Translations under genes and position numbers: made by a program
Notes under the pieces: generated by a model
What the model was told of the DNA's origin: nothing
The model's input: the letters and a program-made list of their open reading frames with translations, nothing else
Databases searched by the model: none
Assembly: GCA_048571215.1 (NCBI GenBank)
Contig: CP182352.1
Coordinates: forward strand, 2,528,001-2,592,000
Direction of reading: 5' to 3'
Length of the DNA: 64,000 bases
DNA from: Halarcobacter sp.
Lineage (GTDB): Bacteria > Campylobacterota > Campylobacteria > Campylobacterales > Arcobacteraceae
Shown here: one piece after another, positions 51,331 through 62,022 of the stretch
How positions within the stretch are numbered: position 1 is the first letter of the stretch
Layout of the letters: the number at the start of each line of letters is the position of its first letter

Positions 51331-52296
51331 TTGAGAATACTATCGGGAATACAACCAAGTGGTACTATACATATAGGTAACTACTTTGGAATGATAAAAA
51401 AAATGATTGAATCACAAGATGATGGTGAACTTTTTGCCTTCATAGCTTCATATCATGCCTTAACATCGGTAAAAGAAAAAGAGGTTTTAGAAAAAAACAT
51501 TTTTGAAGCAGCAGTAAACTTTTTAGCACTAGGGATGGACCCAGAGAAATCAACTTTTTGGGTACAACACCATGTAAAAGAGGTATTAGAACTATACTGG
51601 CTTTTATCAAATCACACATCTATGGGTTTACTAGAACGAGCACATTCATATAAAGATAAAACAGCTCGTGGTTTTCAAACAAACCATGGACTTTTTTCTT
51701 ATCCTGTGCTAATGGCTGCTGATATTTTATTATATGATACAAATATTGTACCTGTTGGTAAAGATCAAATTCAACATGTTGAGATGACAAGAGATATTGC
51801 AAATAGCTTTAACAATCACTATAAAACTGATATCTTAGTATTGCCAGAAGCAAAAGTTGATGAGATAGTTGCTACAGTTCCTGGAACTGATGGGGCTAAA
51901 ATGTCAAAATCTTATGGAAATACAATTGATATGTTTGGTAATGCAAAAACAATAAAAAAACAAGTTATGGGAGTAGTGACTGATTCAAAAGAGTTAGATG
52001 AGGCAAAAGATTATACCACTTGTAATGTATATAAACTTTGTGAATTGTTTATGTCACAAGATGAATTAAAAGAGCTTCAACAAAGATATGCAACTCCTGG
52101 GGAAGGTTATGGACACTTTAAACTAACACTTCTTGAGAAAATAAATGAACATTTTGAACCATATATCCAAAAAAGGGAACACCTTTTAAATAACCCAAAT
52201 GAGGTGAAGGAAATTTTAGCTTTTGGTGCACAAAAAGCTAGTAAAATTGCTTCTGCTAAAATGGAACAAATAAGAGATATTGTGGGATTAAATTAA
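51331..52296 (+). CDS. trpS: Tryptophan--tRNA ligase
   Basis: SGIQPSG..HIGN, YPVLMAADI, VPVGKDQ and KMSKS motifs. Confidence 0.97.
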   Translation: MRILSGIQPSGTIHIGNYFGMIKKMIESQDDGELFAFIASYHALTSVKEKEVLEKNIFEAAVNFLALGMDPEKSTFWVQHHVKEVLELYWLLSNHTSMGLLERAHSYKDKTARGFQTNHGLFSYPVLMAADILLYDTNIVPVGKDQIQHVEMTRDIANSFNNHYKTDILVLPEAKVDEIVATVPGTDGAKMSKSYGNTIDMFGNAKTIKKQVMGVVTDSKELDEAKDYTTCNVYKLCELFMSQDELKELQQRYATPGEGYGHFKLTLLEKINEHFEPYIQKREHLLNNPNEVKEILAFGAQKASKIASAKMEQIRDIVGLN

Positions 52297-52325
52297 ATAA
52301 AAGTAGTAAAATACTACTTTTATTT
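52295..52325. terminator. Bidirectional terminator
   Basis: aaataaaagtagta-aaa-tactacttttattt between convergent genes. Confidence 0.75.
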
Positions 52326-52329
52326 GAAA

Positions 52330-53028
52330 CTATATTTTTTTACTAATATATATTAATTTATCAGGTTCATCACTACTATGAAGATTAAATGGTTTTATCT
52401 CTTCTATTTTAAAACCTGCTTTAGTAAGTAGTTTTTTGATTCTTTGTTTATCATGATAATATTGTGTAATGCTATCTTGTTCTTTTATAAATGAATTGTT
52501 TTTTTCATTTGTAAATAAGGTTAAATCTGTGATTAGTTTATTATCTTCATAGTTTGCATCAATAGCAATAAACTTATCTTCTAAATCGATTGTAATACAA
52601 CCTTGTGCTATCTCTTCAAAACCAAATAAAGAGTTCACATCAAAAATAAAATATCCATCTTTATTTAAAACTTTTGCAGTATCTTCAAAAAACTTTTTTA
52701 ATTGATCATTTGGGATATAATTGATTACATCAAAAATAGCTGTGGCACAATTAAATTTTTCTTTAACTTTTTCCAAGGCAATACAATCAACATTTGTAAA
52801 CCCTTTTTCTTTACAAGCTTCAATTTGAAAACTACTTAAATCAATACCAAAAGCTTTTTTTGAATTAACTTGCATACACTCTAGAAAAAAACCTTGTCCA
52901 CATCCAATATCTAAAATATTATCCAAATCATTACCTACAACAAAGGCAACAAATTCATTGTGTAAAGTATAAATCTCTTCTTGAAAGTCTAAATATGGTT
53001 CTATTTTAGAGTATAAATCTAGTCCCAT
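52330..53028 (-). CDS. Class I SAM-dependent methyltransferase
   Basis: ILDIGCGQG, GIDLS and GYFIFD motifs. Confidence 0.85.
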   Translation of the reverse strand: MGLDLYSKIEPYLDFQEEIYTLHNEFVAFVVGNDLDNILDIGCGQGFFLECMQVNSKKAFGIDLSSFQIEACKEKGFTNVDCIALEKVKEKFNCATAIFDVINYIPNDQLKKFFEDTAKVLNKDGYFIFDVNSLFGFEEIAQGCITIDLEDKFIAIDANYEDNKLITDLTLFTNEKNNSFIKEQDSITQYYHDKQRIKKLLTKAGFKIEEIKPFNLHSSDEPDKLIYISKKI

Positions 53029-53636
53029 TAAAGCTGTGCTTCAATTCTTTCTTTTAAATCAAAGATTAAATCTTTTTTTGCATAATATGAGTTTTTGTTT
53101 GCAATTAAGTGTGCACTACTTTCCATAATAGTAGGTCCAACCTCTAAACCATTTTGTTTCATGGTAGTTCCTGTTTCCACGATATCTACAATACAATCTG
53201 CCAGATTAACTAATGGTGCAAGTTCAATTGAACCATAAAGTTTGATAATCTTTACAGCCATAGCTTTTTCTTCAAAATATCTTTTTGCAATTTTTTCATG
53301 TTTAGTTGCAACTGTAATTTGGCTTTTTGTAAAATCTAATTCTTCCCCTTTTACAAGTCCAAAAGCTACTTTACACTTTCCCAACTGCAAATCAAGAAGT
53401 TTGATTAAATCATATTCTTTCTCTTCAAGAACATCAAGACCAACAACTCCCAAATCAGCTGCTCCATGCATAACATATGTTGGCACATCTTGATTTCTTA
53501 CATTTAAAAATCTAAACCCAGCTTTTTCTAAAATAAGCTTTCTATCCTCAAAGATAAACTTTTCATTAAATGCACTTTCAAATTTTTCTAAAGTATCTTC
53601 GGCAATTCTACCTTTAGGCAATGCAATTGTTAGCAT
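53028..53636 (-). CDS. hisG: ATP phosphoribosyltransferase (short form)
   Basis: IALPKGR, GSIELAP and IVDIVETGTT motifs. Confidence 0.96.
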   Translation of the reverse strand: MLTIALPKGRIAEDTLEKFESAFNEKFIFEDRKLILEKAGFRFLNVRNQDVPTYVMHGAADLGVVGLDVLEEKEYDLIKLLDLQLGKCKVAFGLVKGEELDFTKSQITVATKHEKIAKRYFEEKAMAVKIIKLYGSIELAPLVNLADCIVDIVETGTTMKQNGLEVGPTIMESSAHLIANKNSYYAKKDLIFDLKERIEAQL

Positions 53637-54240
53637 TTATAATCCCTTTCATATTTTCAAAAATCAAATCTTTTTTATATACACTATTTTTAATATATTG
53701 ACTTAAAAATTCTCCATCTCCACCAGTAAAAACTACCTTTTGTTTCTTACTAACTTTTTTAATGGGTTCAATAATAGATTTTAATATTCCATAAGATATA
53801 GCATCTTGTGTACAAAGTGGGATTTTATCTAAATTTACCTTTGTATTAAAATCAAACTGTAAGATATGAGAAATTTCAGGATAAATTCGTTTAAAATGAC
53901 TAAGTCCTGGCAAAATAAATCCACCTTTGTGTTTACCATTTTTCATCACATCAACAGTTATTGCACTACCTGCATCAATTACAACTCCATCCTTAAAAGA
54001 ACAACATGCAATTTTTCTATCTAATCCCATCCCTTTATATTTCGTTTTAAAATCTATATAGGGTTCCAAATCAAATATTTCATTACTTGTAAGTTTTAAT
54101 TTTGCTGTAGCATTCTCATTTACAGAGACATAATAAATACATTCTTCAAAAAATGGCAAATGGGCATTTAAATAATATTTTTCATCTTTTCCATCAATAA
54201 AAAAGTGAAAAGTTGTATTTCCAATATCACATAAAATCAA
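53614..54240 (-). CDS. coaX: Type III pantothenate kinase
   Basis: DIGNT, GLDR, DAGSAITVD, GGFILPG and TGGD motifs. Confidence 0.92.
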   Translation of the reverse strand: MILCDIGNTTFHFFIDGKDEKYYLNAHLPFFEECIYYVSVNENATAKLKLTSNEIFDLEPYIDFKTKYKGMGLDRKIACCSFKDGVVIDAGSAITVDVMKNGKHKGGFILPGLSHFKRIYPEISHILQFDFNTKVNLDKIPLCTQDAISYGILKSIIEPIKKVSKKQKVVFTGGDGEFLSQYIKNSVYKKDLIFENMKGIINANNCIA

Positions 54241-54592
54241 CTCTTACACTCCACTTATTATCTTCTAAAAACTTCTTAGCTTTTGAACAAAGTGGGGAAG
54301 AGATCAATAACTCTTTTTTCTTAAAATTATGTTCCACTTTATCCACTAGAATAGAATATAACTGCAATAAATCTTCTGCATTTTTTCTTATAAATCTACT
54401 TTTAGAATCTACTATAAATATGGCATAAAACTCTTTTTTTGTAGATGTTCCTATAAAAATACCTATTTTTTTTCTACTTCCTAACTCTTTGGGAAAAACC
54501 TCTTTTATCTCTTTAAATAATATTTGCTTATCCAAATAATATTTTGTTAACTCTTTAATTTTATAAACCTTTCTTTTCAATAATTTTTTCAA
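54227..54592 (-). CDS. Hypothetical protein upstream of coaX
   Basis: Overlaps the coaX start; start codon uncertain. Confidence 0.55.
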   Translation of the reverse strand: MKKLLKRKVYKIKELTKYYLDKQILFKEIKEVFPKELGSRKKIGIFIGTSTKKEFYAIFIVDSKSRFIRKNAEDLLQLYSILVDKVEHNFKKKELLISSPLCSKAKKFLEDNKWSVRVDFM

Positions 54593-54956
54593 GTAATTTT
54601 ACTAGACTTGGCATATCTACTGGTTTAACCAATACAGCATCAAATAATTTTTTTAAATTATCATCTAAATCTAAGTTTCCTGTTAAAACTCCTATAAATA
54701 TATCTTTGTTAGTTTCTTTTATAAGTTTAACCAACTTATCTCCAGATAATTTTGGCATTTGTATATCGGTAATTATTACATCATAATTACCTTGTTTATA
54801 CTTTTCTAAAGCTTCTTCTCCATTTAAAGCAGTATCAACTACATTAAAGAATTTTTTCATAAATTTCTCTACACCATTTAATAAATCAGCCTCATCATCA
54901 ACAATTAAAATACTCAAATCTTGAATTCTTTTTTGAAGCTCTTTAATATCAGTCAT
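54561..54956 (-). CDS. Single-domain response regulator
   Basis: IVDDE, TDIQMP and KP motifs. Confidence 0.88.
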   Translation of the reverse strand: MTDIKELQKRIQDLSILIVDDEADLLNGVEKFMKKFFNVVDTALNGEEALEKYKQGNYDVIITDIQMPKLSGDKLVKLIKETNKDIFIGVLTGNLDLDDNLKKLFDAVLVKPVDMPSLVKLLEKIIEKKGL

Positions 54957-54957
54957 T

Positions 54958-56508
54958 TCAAATCTTTTTTAGTGGAATCTTAATAATAAAACATGCACCA
55001 CCATTTATATTTTTAACACTTAAACTACCTAATAGATGTTTTTTTATAATTGTATCTGAAATGTATAAACCTAAACCTGTACCATTTTTTTCATTTTTTG
55101 TTGAAAAATATGGTTCAAATATTTTATCAAGTATATCTTCTTTTATTCCACCTGCATTGTCAGATATTGATATTAATAAATCTTCTTGAACTTTTTCTAT
55201 AATTATTTTAATAAATCTATCATCTCTTCGATGTTCAAGTAATGCCTCTTTTGCATTATTTAAAATATTGATAATCACTTGAAGAAGTTGTGTTGAGTAA
55301 GTATAAAGTTCATAATTTTCATCACATTGTATATCAAAACTTATATTCTCATACACTAAAGTTTTACCCAAAATATTTTTTGCATTATTTAAGATTTTTT
55401 CTATAGTTACATGCTCTTTGCTTTTTTGAGGTTTAAAGAAACTCTTAAAATCTTCAATAGTTTGAGAGAGGTATGAAGTTTCATTGAGTATTCCATAACA
55501 ATGGGTTTTAAATGACTCTAAATCAATATTTTCCATCTCTAAATCTATTAATAGATTGTTTATTTCCATACTAATTATTGTTATTGGTTGTCTCCATTGA
55601 TGAGCTAACATACCTATCATCTCACCCATTGCAGCATGTCTTGATTGCACTATTAGTAACTCTTCTGCTGATTTTAATTTACTTATGTCATTAAATAAAA
55701 CTATATATCCTTCACTTTTACCACTTATATCATGTAGTATTTTTGAAGATACTATAAATATTTTTTCTTTGAAATTCCATTCAAAAGTTTCATTATTCTT
55801 TAACTTTTCAATATCCATCAAAGTATCCATATTTATATTTTTTTCTGAAGAATAATAATATCCCCCAGCATTATCTTGATTGAAAAAAACCGTAGAAGCT
55901 ATTTGATTACAATTTTCGATAATAAACTCTTTACTTAAAACAATTGCAGGACTATGCATAGAATCAAAGAGTGTTAAATATCTGTTTTTTTCATTTGCCA
56001 ATTGACGATTTTTATTAGCTAATTCATGTATTTGTTTTTCTGCATTACTTCCTGACCAATGGGTTACATAAGCAGTTTCAACCCTATCAAAAAATCTATT
56101 TATATATTCATAAAAATAATTATGATCTTCAATACTCTCTTTTTTTTCATCCAACAAATCAAAATAAGTTTGTCTATAATATTTAAATAAAGAAAAAAAC
56201 ATTGACAAATTTACACCTCTGCTCCTGTGCAGATCTGCTTCTTTTAAACCAAAAGCAGAAGCTGGATCATCTTCAAAATTTTCATCAGGACCCATTTGTG
56301 GTATTTCATTTGATTGTTTCATTGCAAGTTCTAAAGAATCAGTTAAACCAACAATAGATAACCTCCAAGCCTCTGCAAGTGTTGAAGTATATTTAGTATA
56401 ACCATATTTTTTTGCATAAAATAAAATTTTATCCATTAGCCATTCTTCATTGTTTTTAAGTAAAACAATAAATTGTTCATTTGTTTTAATATAAATATTA
56501 TTTTTCAT
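54958..56508 (-). CDS. Cytoplasmic histidine kinase with helical N-terminal sensor and PAS-like domain
   Basis: LAHQWRQP, NNAKEA, DNAGGI and GTGLGLY motifs; no TM segments. Confidence 0.85.
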   Translation of the reverse strand: MKNNIYIKTNEQFIVLLKNNEEWLMDKILFYAKKYGYTKYTSTLAEAWRLSIVGLTDSLELAMKQSNEIPQMGPDENFEDDPASAFGLKEADLHRSRGVNLSMFFSLFKYYRQTYFDLLDEKKESIEDHNYFYEYINRFFDRVETAYVTHWSGSNAEKQIHELANKNRQLANEKNRYLTLFDSMHSPAIVLSKEFIIENCNQIASTVFFNQDNAGGYYYSSEKNINMDTLMDIEKLKNNETFEWNFKEKIFIVSSKILHDISGKSEGYIVLFNDISKLKSAEELLIVQSRHAAMGEMIGMLAHQWRQPITIISMEINNLLIDLEMENIDLESFKTHCYGILNETSYLSQTIEDFKSFFKPQKSKEHVTIEKILNNAKNILGKTLVYENISFDIQCDENYELYTYSTQLLQVIINILNNAKEALLEHRRDDRFIKIIIEKVQEDLLISISDNAGGIKEDILDKIFEPYFSTKNEKNGTGLGLYISDTIIKKHLLGSLSVKNINGGACFIIKIPLKKI

Positions 56509-56584
56509 ATAATTACCTAATAAATAAATTGTTATTTATAATAGTATCCTTAAACAAATAAAAATATAATATATTAGTAAAAAT

Positions 56585-57223
56585 CTATTTTTTATTTATA
56601 GCTAATCTTTGTGGTCTTATTGTAAGTTCTGTTACAACACCTTTAAAATTTATGATATCTAAAACACTATTTGCAATAGTTTGAGGTAATAAATGGGCAT
56701 TTTCATCTTCACTTGGTTCAAAATTTAAATCATCAAAGAAGTTTGTTTTTGTTAAGTCAGGATTTATAGTAGTTACTTTTACATCAGCTCTTCTTAACTC
56801 TTCAAATAGTGCCAAACTAAAACTTCTGATACCAGATTTACTAGCTGAATAAAGTGCTGAAAATTTTGAGTGTCTGGTTGATTCTATTGAGGAGATATTT
56901 ATGATATGTCCCTTTGTTTTTTTTAAACTTCTAAGTAAAAGATTTGATAAAATAATTGGTGCAGTTAAATTTACATCAATCACCTCTTTTATTTTTTTTA
57001 GACTTATCTCTTCATGGGGTTTAAAAACCCCTATCCCTGCACAATTTACTAAAACACTGATCTCATCTTGTTTTAAAATCTCTTTTATCTCTTTTTCTAG
57101 ATTCTTATGCTCTTCTAATCTTGTTTTTAATTTTATAATTTTATAAGCATTTTGTTCTAAAGTATCACAAATAGCTTTTCCAATTCCTGAGGAATAACCT
57201 GTTACTAGTGCTGTTTTTCCCAT
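56585..57223 (-). CDS. Short-chain dehydrogenase/reductase
   Basis: [13 protein letters not shown] and YSASK motifs. Confidence 0.9.
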   Translation of the reverse strand: MGKTALVTGYSSGIGKAICDTLEQNAYKIIKLKTRLEEHKNLEKEIKEILKQDEISVLVNCAGIGVFKPHEEISLKKIKEVIDVNLTAPIILSNLLLRSLKKTKGHIINISSIESTRHSKFSALYSASKSGIRSFSLALFEELRRADVKVTTINPDLTKTNFFDDLNFEPSEDENAHLLPQTIANSVLDIINFKGVVTELTIRPQRLAINKK

Positions 57224-57831
57224 TTTTTTATTACACCTTTTTTTATTTTTATTCTAATATAAAAGAGTATAAAGATTGCAAGAAAAACCAATATAGTTAT
57301 AATTATAATTTTTAAATACTCATCTATTAGGTTTTGATTAGAACCTATAAAATAACCCAAAAGTGTCAAAATCAAAACCCAAATCCCTGCACCCAAACTT
57401 GTGTATAAAGAAAACTTCCATAAATTCATTTTAGCAAGTCCCGCTGGCAAAGAGATATATTGTCTAACAGCAGGGATTAATCTTCCTGAAAAGGTTGAGA
57501 TATGCCCATGTTTTGCAAAAAAATCTTCCATTTTTTCCAAGGTTTGCTCTTTTACTAAAACATATTTACCATATCTTTGTAAAAAGGCTCTTCCAAACTT
57601 CCTTGCCAAGAGATAGTTAAACACCGCACCAGCTAAACTCCCTGAAATACCAGCAAAGATTGCTAAAAAGATATTCATCTCCCCTTTATAAGCTAAAAAA
57701 CCAGCAGGAACCATAACAATTTCACTAGGGAAAGGGAAAAAAGTGCTCTCTAAAAACATCATAAAAAATATCCCAAAATAACCTAAATCCCCAACAGTAC
57801 TTACTATAAAATCAATTATCTCTTTTAACAT
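57205..57831 (-). CDS. DedA-family membrane protein
   Basis: FPFPSE and [16 protein letters not shown] motifs. Confidence 0.9.
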   Translation of the reverse strand: MLKEIIDFIVSTVGDLGYFGIFFMMFLESTFFPFPSEIVMVPAGFLAYKGEMNIFLAIFAGISGSLAGAVFNYLLARKFGRAFLQRYGKYVLVKEQTLEKMEDFFAKHGHISTFSGRLIPAVRQYISLPAGLAKMNLWKFSLYTSLGAGIWVLILTLLGYFIGSNQNLIDEYLKIIIITILVFLAIFILFYIRIKIKKGVIKKWEKQH

Positions 57832-57898
57832 CTAACTCTTTCTTATTATTTTTATAATCTCTTAATAGATTTAATTAAAAAAACACTATAATAATAAA

Positions 57899-59752
57899 AT
57901 GTATTTAATTAAAATTCTACTAGTCCTATTATTTCTAGCTTTAAATCTATTCTCAAATGAAATTAATCTTTCAAATGGTTTTAAAAAAGAAAGTATACTA
58001 CACCAAACAGAAATTTATCTTGATAAAACAAAAAAACTAACCATAGAAGATATAAAAAAACTTGATGACAAATTTTCAAAAGTTGATGTTGATATTAAAA
58101 GATATGGATACTCACCTAAATTTAATGTATGGATTAAATTTAAAATTAAAAATAATGAACAAACTCCAATCTCTGCTATTTTGGAATTTGAGTCTGCCCT
58201 TGCATCAAGTGTAGAATTTTATGATGAAACAGGTTTTCTAAAAAGAGATGGCTTAATGCACAAATCATCAAATAGAAAATCTATAAATCCAATATTTGAT
58301 ATAAAACTAGATTCAAAACAAAGTAAAACATACTACTTAAAAGCCTCTTCACATATAACCTCTTTAACTATAAAACTAAATCTTTATAACAATGAAGAGT
58401 TTTTTAATCATGAACTCATCCATCAATCACTCTTAAGTCTTTTCTTTGGAGCCATGATAGTATTAGCTCTTTACAATTTATCTATCTATTTTTTTACAAA
58501 AGATATAAGTTATTTATACTATGTTGGATATATTTTTACCATAGTGATTCACCATTTGCTTTATGTAGGTTTTGCAAATATTTATATACTAAATCACTAC
58601 CAAATGGCTTTTGCAGTTAAAATTGCACCAATATTTATTGCTCTGCCTGTAATATTCTTAGCCCTATTTTCAAAAAATTTTTTAAATCTAAAAAGATTTT
58701 CATTGATAAATAAAATATTAAATTTATTTATTATTTTATTACCTATTTCAATACTAGTTTTTATTGTAAGCGATAGTTTTGGAAGATATAGAAATATCCT
58801 TGCAATAAGTTTAATGTGTTATTTGTTTTTTATTACTCTTTACTCATATTTCAAAGGAGAGAAACAGGCTAATTTAATACTTCTTGGGTGGGGTATAATC
58901 TTACTTTCTGGTTTAATAATGTATTTTGCTAGTGCAGGAGTATTTAATTTTAATTTGTATAACTCATATCTTGTAGAATTAGGATTTGTAACAGAAGCAC
59001 TCATTTTTTCTATGGCATTAGCAAATAGAATTAAACAATTTCAAGAAGAGAAACAACAAGCTCAAGATAAATTAATAGAAACACAAAAAAATACCCAAAA
59101 GAAGCTTGAACTATTAGTTACAAGTAGAACCCAAGACTTGAAAAAAACATTAGAAGAGAAAGAGTTACTTCTAAAAGAGTTAAACCATAGAGTAAAAAAT
59201 AATATGCAAACTATTATCTCATTGATTAGACTACAAAATGATGAAATAGATGATAAAAAGATAAACGATTTATTATCAACTATTCAAAATAGAATTGGTG
59301 CTATGAGCCATTTGCATGAACTTTTGTATAAAAAAGACAATACAACTTATGTTGATGCTTATGATTATTTTGAAAGAATTGTTTCAGAGATAAAGGATAG
59401 TTATTTAGATGAAACTGTTGAAATAATATTTGATATTAATTCAAACCTAAATCCAAACAATGCTGTTTATTGTGGTCTTATTTTAAATGAACTCATCTCA
59501 AATAGTTTTAAACATGCATTTAATAAAAAGCAAGGTAAAATTGAAATTTCCTTATCTAATGAAAAAGATACCTATACTTTAATTGTTAAAGATAATGGAA
59601 AAGGGTATGATAAAAATATTAAAACTAACTCTTTAGGCTTAATTCTTATTAATACCCTAGCTACAAAACAACTTGGTGCACAAATCGATATTGATTCTAT
59701 AAATGGAGTTAGTGTAAAAATTATTTGGAGAGATAAAAATGACGAATATTAA
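57899..59752 (+). CDS. 7TM-DISM receptor histidine kinase (HisKA_2 type)
   Basis: Periplasmic DISM-like domain, about 7 TM helices, ELNHRVKNNMQ, NELISNSFKHAF, DNGKG and SLGL motifs. Confidence 0.85.
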   Translation: MYLIKILLVLLFLALNLFSNEINLSNGFKKESILHQTEIYLDKTKKLTIEDIKKLDDKFSKVDVDIKRYGYSPKFNVWIKFKIKNNEQTPISAILEFESALASSVEFYDETGFLKRDGLMHKSSNRKSINPIFDIKLDSKQSKTYYLKASSHITSLTIKLNLYNNEEFFNHELIHQSLLSLFFGAMIVLALYNLSIYFFTKDISYLYYVGYIFTIVIHHLLYVGFANIYILNHYQMAFAVKIAPIFIALPVIFLALFSKNFLNLKRFSLINKILNLFIILLPISILVFIVSDSFGRYRNILAISLMCYLFFITLYSYFKGEKQANLILLGWGIILLSGLIMYFASAGVFNFNLYNSYLVELGFVTEALIFSMALANRIKQFQEEKQQAQDKLIETQKNTQKKLELLVTSRTQDLKKTLEEKELLLKELNHRVKNNMQTIISLIRLQNDEIDDKKINDLLSTIQNRIGAMSHLHELLYKKDNTTYVDAYDYFERIVSEIKDSYLDETVEIIFDINSNLNPNNAVYCGLILNELISNSFKHAFNKKQGKIEISLSNEKDTYTLIVKDNGKGYDKNIKTNSLGLILINTLATKQLGAQIDIDSINGVSVKIIWRDKNDEY

Positions 59753-60431
59753 AGTTTTAATAGTAGAAGATGAAACAATAGTTGCTTTGGATACCAAAAG
59801 TGCCCTAATTAAACTAGGATTTAAAATAACTGATACTGTTACAAACTATGATGAAGCAATTAGATCAATTCAAGAAACTTCACCAGATATCATACTTATG
59901 GATATCTATTTAAAAAATAGTAAAGATGGTATAGAAACTGCAAAAGATATAAAAAAAATAAAAAATATTCCAGTTATATATTTAAGTGCCTATTGTGATG
60001 ATGAGACTATTGCTAGAGCAATTAAGACTGATCCAATTGCCTATTTAGTTAAACCTTTTAATAGAAATGAACTTAAATCAACTATAATGTTAGCAATATA
60101 TAAACTCCAAGGGGAAAAAGAAAAAATAGATGAATTATTTTTTCATAAACTATCTAGTAATTATTACTATACTAAAGAACCCCATTTAAAATTGTATTAT
60201 AAAGACCAAGAGATTCCTTTAACTCAAAAAGAGATTATGTTAATGGAGATTCTTATTCATGCAGATGGAGAATTGGTAACATTTTCTAATATTGAGCACT
60301 ATATCTGGCGTGACAAAGCTGTATCAGACAGTACTTTAAGAACCTTGCTTTATAGACTTCGTACAAAATTAGACTATAAAGTAATAGAAACTATTCCTAC
60401 TTTTGGATGTAAACTTATAAAAAATACTTAA
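59739..60431 (+). CDS. Response regulator with winged-helix output domain
   Basis: IVEDE, MDI and KPF motifs; LTQKE...LRTLLYRLRTKL. Confidence 0.88.
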   Translation: MTNIKVLIVEDETIVALDTKSALIKLGFKITDTVTNYDEAIRSIQETSPDIILMDIYLKNSKDGIETAKDIKKIKNIPVIYLSAYCDDETIARAIKTDPIAYLVKPFNRNELKSTIMLAIYKLQGEKEKIDELFFHKLSSNYYYTKEPHLKLYYKDQEIPLTQKEIMLMEILIHADGELVTFSNIEHYIWRDKAVSDSTLRTLLYRLRTKLDYKVIETIPTFGCKLIKNT

Positions 60432-60432
60432 A

Positions 60433-61113
60433 TCATAAATATACTAATCTACAACCTTGAGTAGGTATAGTTTCAAGAATCTTAGAATCAAGCTTAAGTT
60501 TAAGTCTATAAATTAAAGTTCTTAAAGTACTATTACAGATACTTTTATTGGGCCAAATTTGCTTTTCCAAATCTTTAAAATCAACTATTTTTCCCTCTGC
60601 ATCTAGTAATATCTTTAATAACATTAACTCTTTTTTAGTTAATCTTATATGCTCATTTTTATAAAAAAGTTTATCTTTATTATAATAATACTCATATCCT
60701 AAGCTTATAGAATCTTTCTTATTAGCCAATAACTTTTCATTTTTACTTTTATATAAACCTAAAAGAATATTAAATTTTAATTCCTCTTTATTAAAAGGTT
60801 TAGCTAAATAACTAATAGGATTTGTTGCAATTGCTCTATTAACTGTTTCAGCATCATTTTGACCACTTAAATATATTACCGGTATCTCATCTTTTATATT
60901 GATCTCTTTTACTATCTCAATTCCATCTTTACTATTTTTCAAGCAAATATCCATAAGAATTAAATCTGGTCTATTTTGTTTTATGCTATTTAATGCGCTA
61001 TCATAATCTATAGCTGTATCAGTTATCTCAAAATCAAACTTTTCCAAAGTTCTTTTCATCTGCAAGGCGATTATACTTTCATCTTCTACAATTAATATTT
61101 TATCTTTTTCCAT
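60433..61113 (-). CDS. Paralogous response regulator with winged-helix domain
   Basis: IVEDE, MDI and KPF motifs; LTKKE...LRTLIYRLKLKL; clearly similar to 59739-60431. Confidence 0.88.
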   Translation of the reverse strand: MEKDKILIVEDESIIALQMKRTLEKFDFEITDTAIDYDSALNSIKQNRPDLILMDICLKNSKDGIEIVKEINIKDEIPVIYLSGQNDAETVNRAIATNPISYLAKPFNKEELKFNILLGLYKSKNEKLLANKKDSISLGYEYYYNKDKLFYKNEHIRLTKKELMLLKILLDAEGKIVDFKDLEKQIWPNKSICNSTLRTLIYRLKLKLDSKILETIPTQGCRLVYL

Positions 61114-61155
61114 ACTATCCCCTTATATTTTAATTTTTAATTTTAACTATATTAT

Positions 61156-61172
61156 GTCACATTTACGTCACA
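61156..61172. promoter_or_regulatory. GTCACA-N5-GTCACA direct repeat upstream of the second response regulator
   Basis: gtcacatttacgtcaca, 11-bp period. Confidence 0.6.
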
Positions 61173-61177
61173 AATGG

Positions 61178-61211
61178 AAAAAAGAGAAATTTTTTTTAAT
61201 TTCTCTTTTTT
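61178..61211 (-). terminator. Terminator downstream of the acyltransferase gene
   Basis: Hairpin with arms aaaaaagagaaatt / aatttctctttttt. Confidence 0.6.
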
Positions 61212-61218
61212 ATAGATT

Positions 61219-61977
61219 TTATTTTAAAAATGCTTTTTTAAAAAAATCTGACACTTCTGCAGGATTCCAAGATAAAATCAATGCCTTTAAATCAAGTTTC
61301 CCATAATTGTCCAGCTCTGCAAGAATATTATTTCCTCCAAATTTTGTGTACATTTTATAATGTTGCTTTTTTATTCCAAGAAGTGTTATATCTATATCAT
61401 TATTCATAAAAAGTAAATATGCACCTTTCATTAAATACTTAAACTCTAAACTTAAACCTTTTGATTCATGTTTAACTATCAATCTTGAGAGCTCACCAAT
61501 TGTTTTGTATTTTTTTCTTATCTCATCAAAACTATACTTCTCTTCTGAAGGCAACTTATACTTAGAATCAAATATCAATCTAGTGGTTCCAGTTATTTTA
61601 GAACCATTTTGATAATAGATAATTGCAGATTTTTCATCATATTTATCAAAATTTAAGCCCTCGATTATATCTGGAAATTCACTTTGATAATTTATACTTG
61701 TATATATATCACTTCTTAATTTAAACACCTCAACTAAATTTTCCACAGAGGAAACAAGTTTTAAGTTTTCCATAGAGTGATCCCAATTTATTTTTTTATT
61801 AAAAGAGGTACTCTCTTCAACCACTTTTTCCAAAAATATTCTCTTTTTAAGTCTATCTATTGAAATTTGTTGTTCAACATTGAAACTTTTAGGCATATAT
61901 GCCAACTTTTTATTTAACTGCATTTTCATTAAATCTTCTAATTGATTTAATGCTTTGTTCTTGTTTATGTAAACCAT
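61219..61977 (-). CDS. Putative N-acyl amino acid synthase (FeeM-like, GNAT/LuxI fold)
   Basis: FKLRSDIY, D.YDE.S, GTTRLIFD..LP and ELSRL pattern matches the R-x3-Y / D-x-Y-D / GT-x-R-L / E-x-SR-L layout of LuxI/FeeM acyltransferases. Confidence 0.65.
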   Translation of the reverse strand: MVYINKNKALNQLEDLMKMQLNKKLAYMPKSFNVEQQISIDRLKKRIFLEKVVEESTSFNKKINWDHSMENLKLVSSVENLVEVFKLRSDIYTSINYQSEFPDIIEGLNFDKYDEKSAIIYYQNGSKITGTTRLIFDSKYKLPSEEKYSFDEIRKKYKTIGELSRLIVKHESKGLSLEFKYLMKGAYLLFMNNDIDITLLGIKKQHYKMYTKFGGNNILAELDNYGKLDLKALILSWNPAEVSDFFKKAFLK

Positions 61978-62022
61978 AATTTATCCTTTTTTTAGTTTGG
62001 ATAAATATTTTGCTAAGATTAC

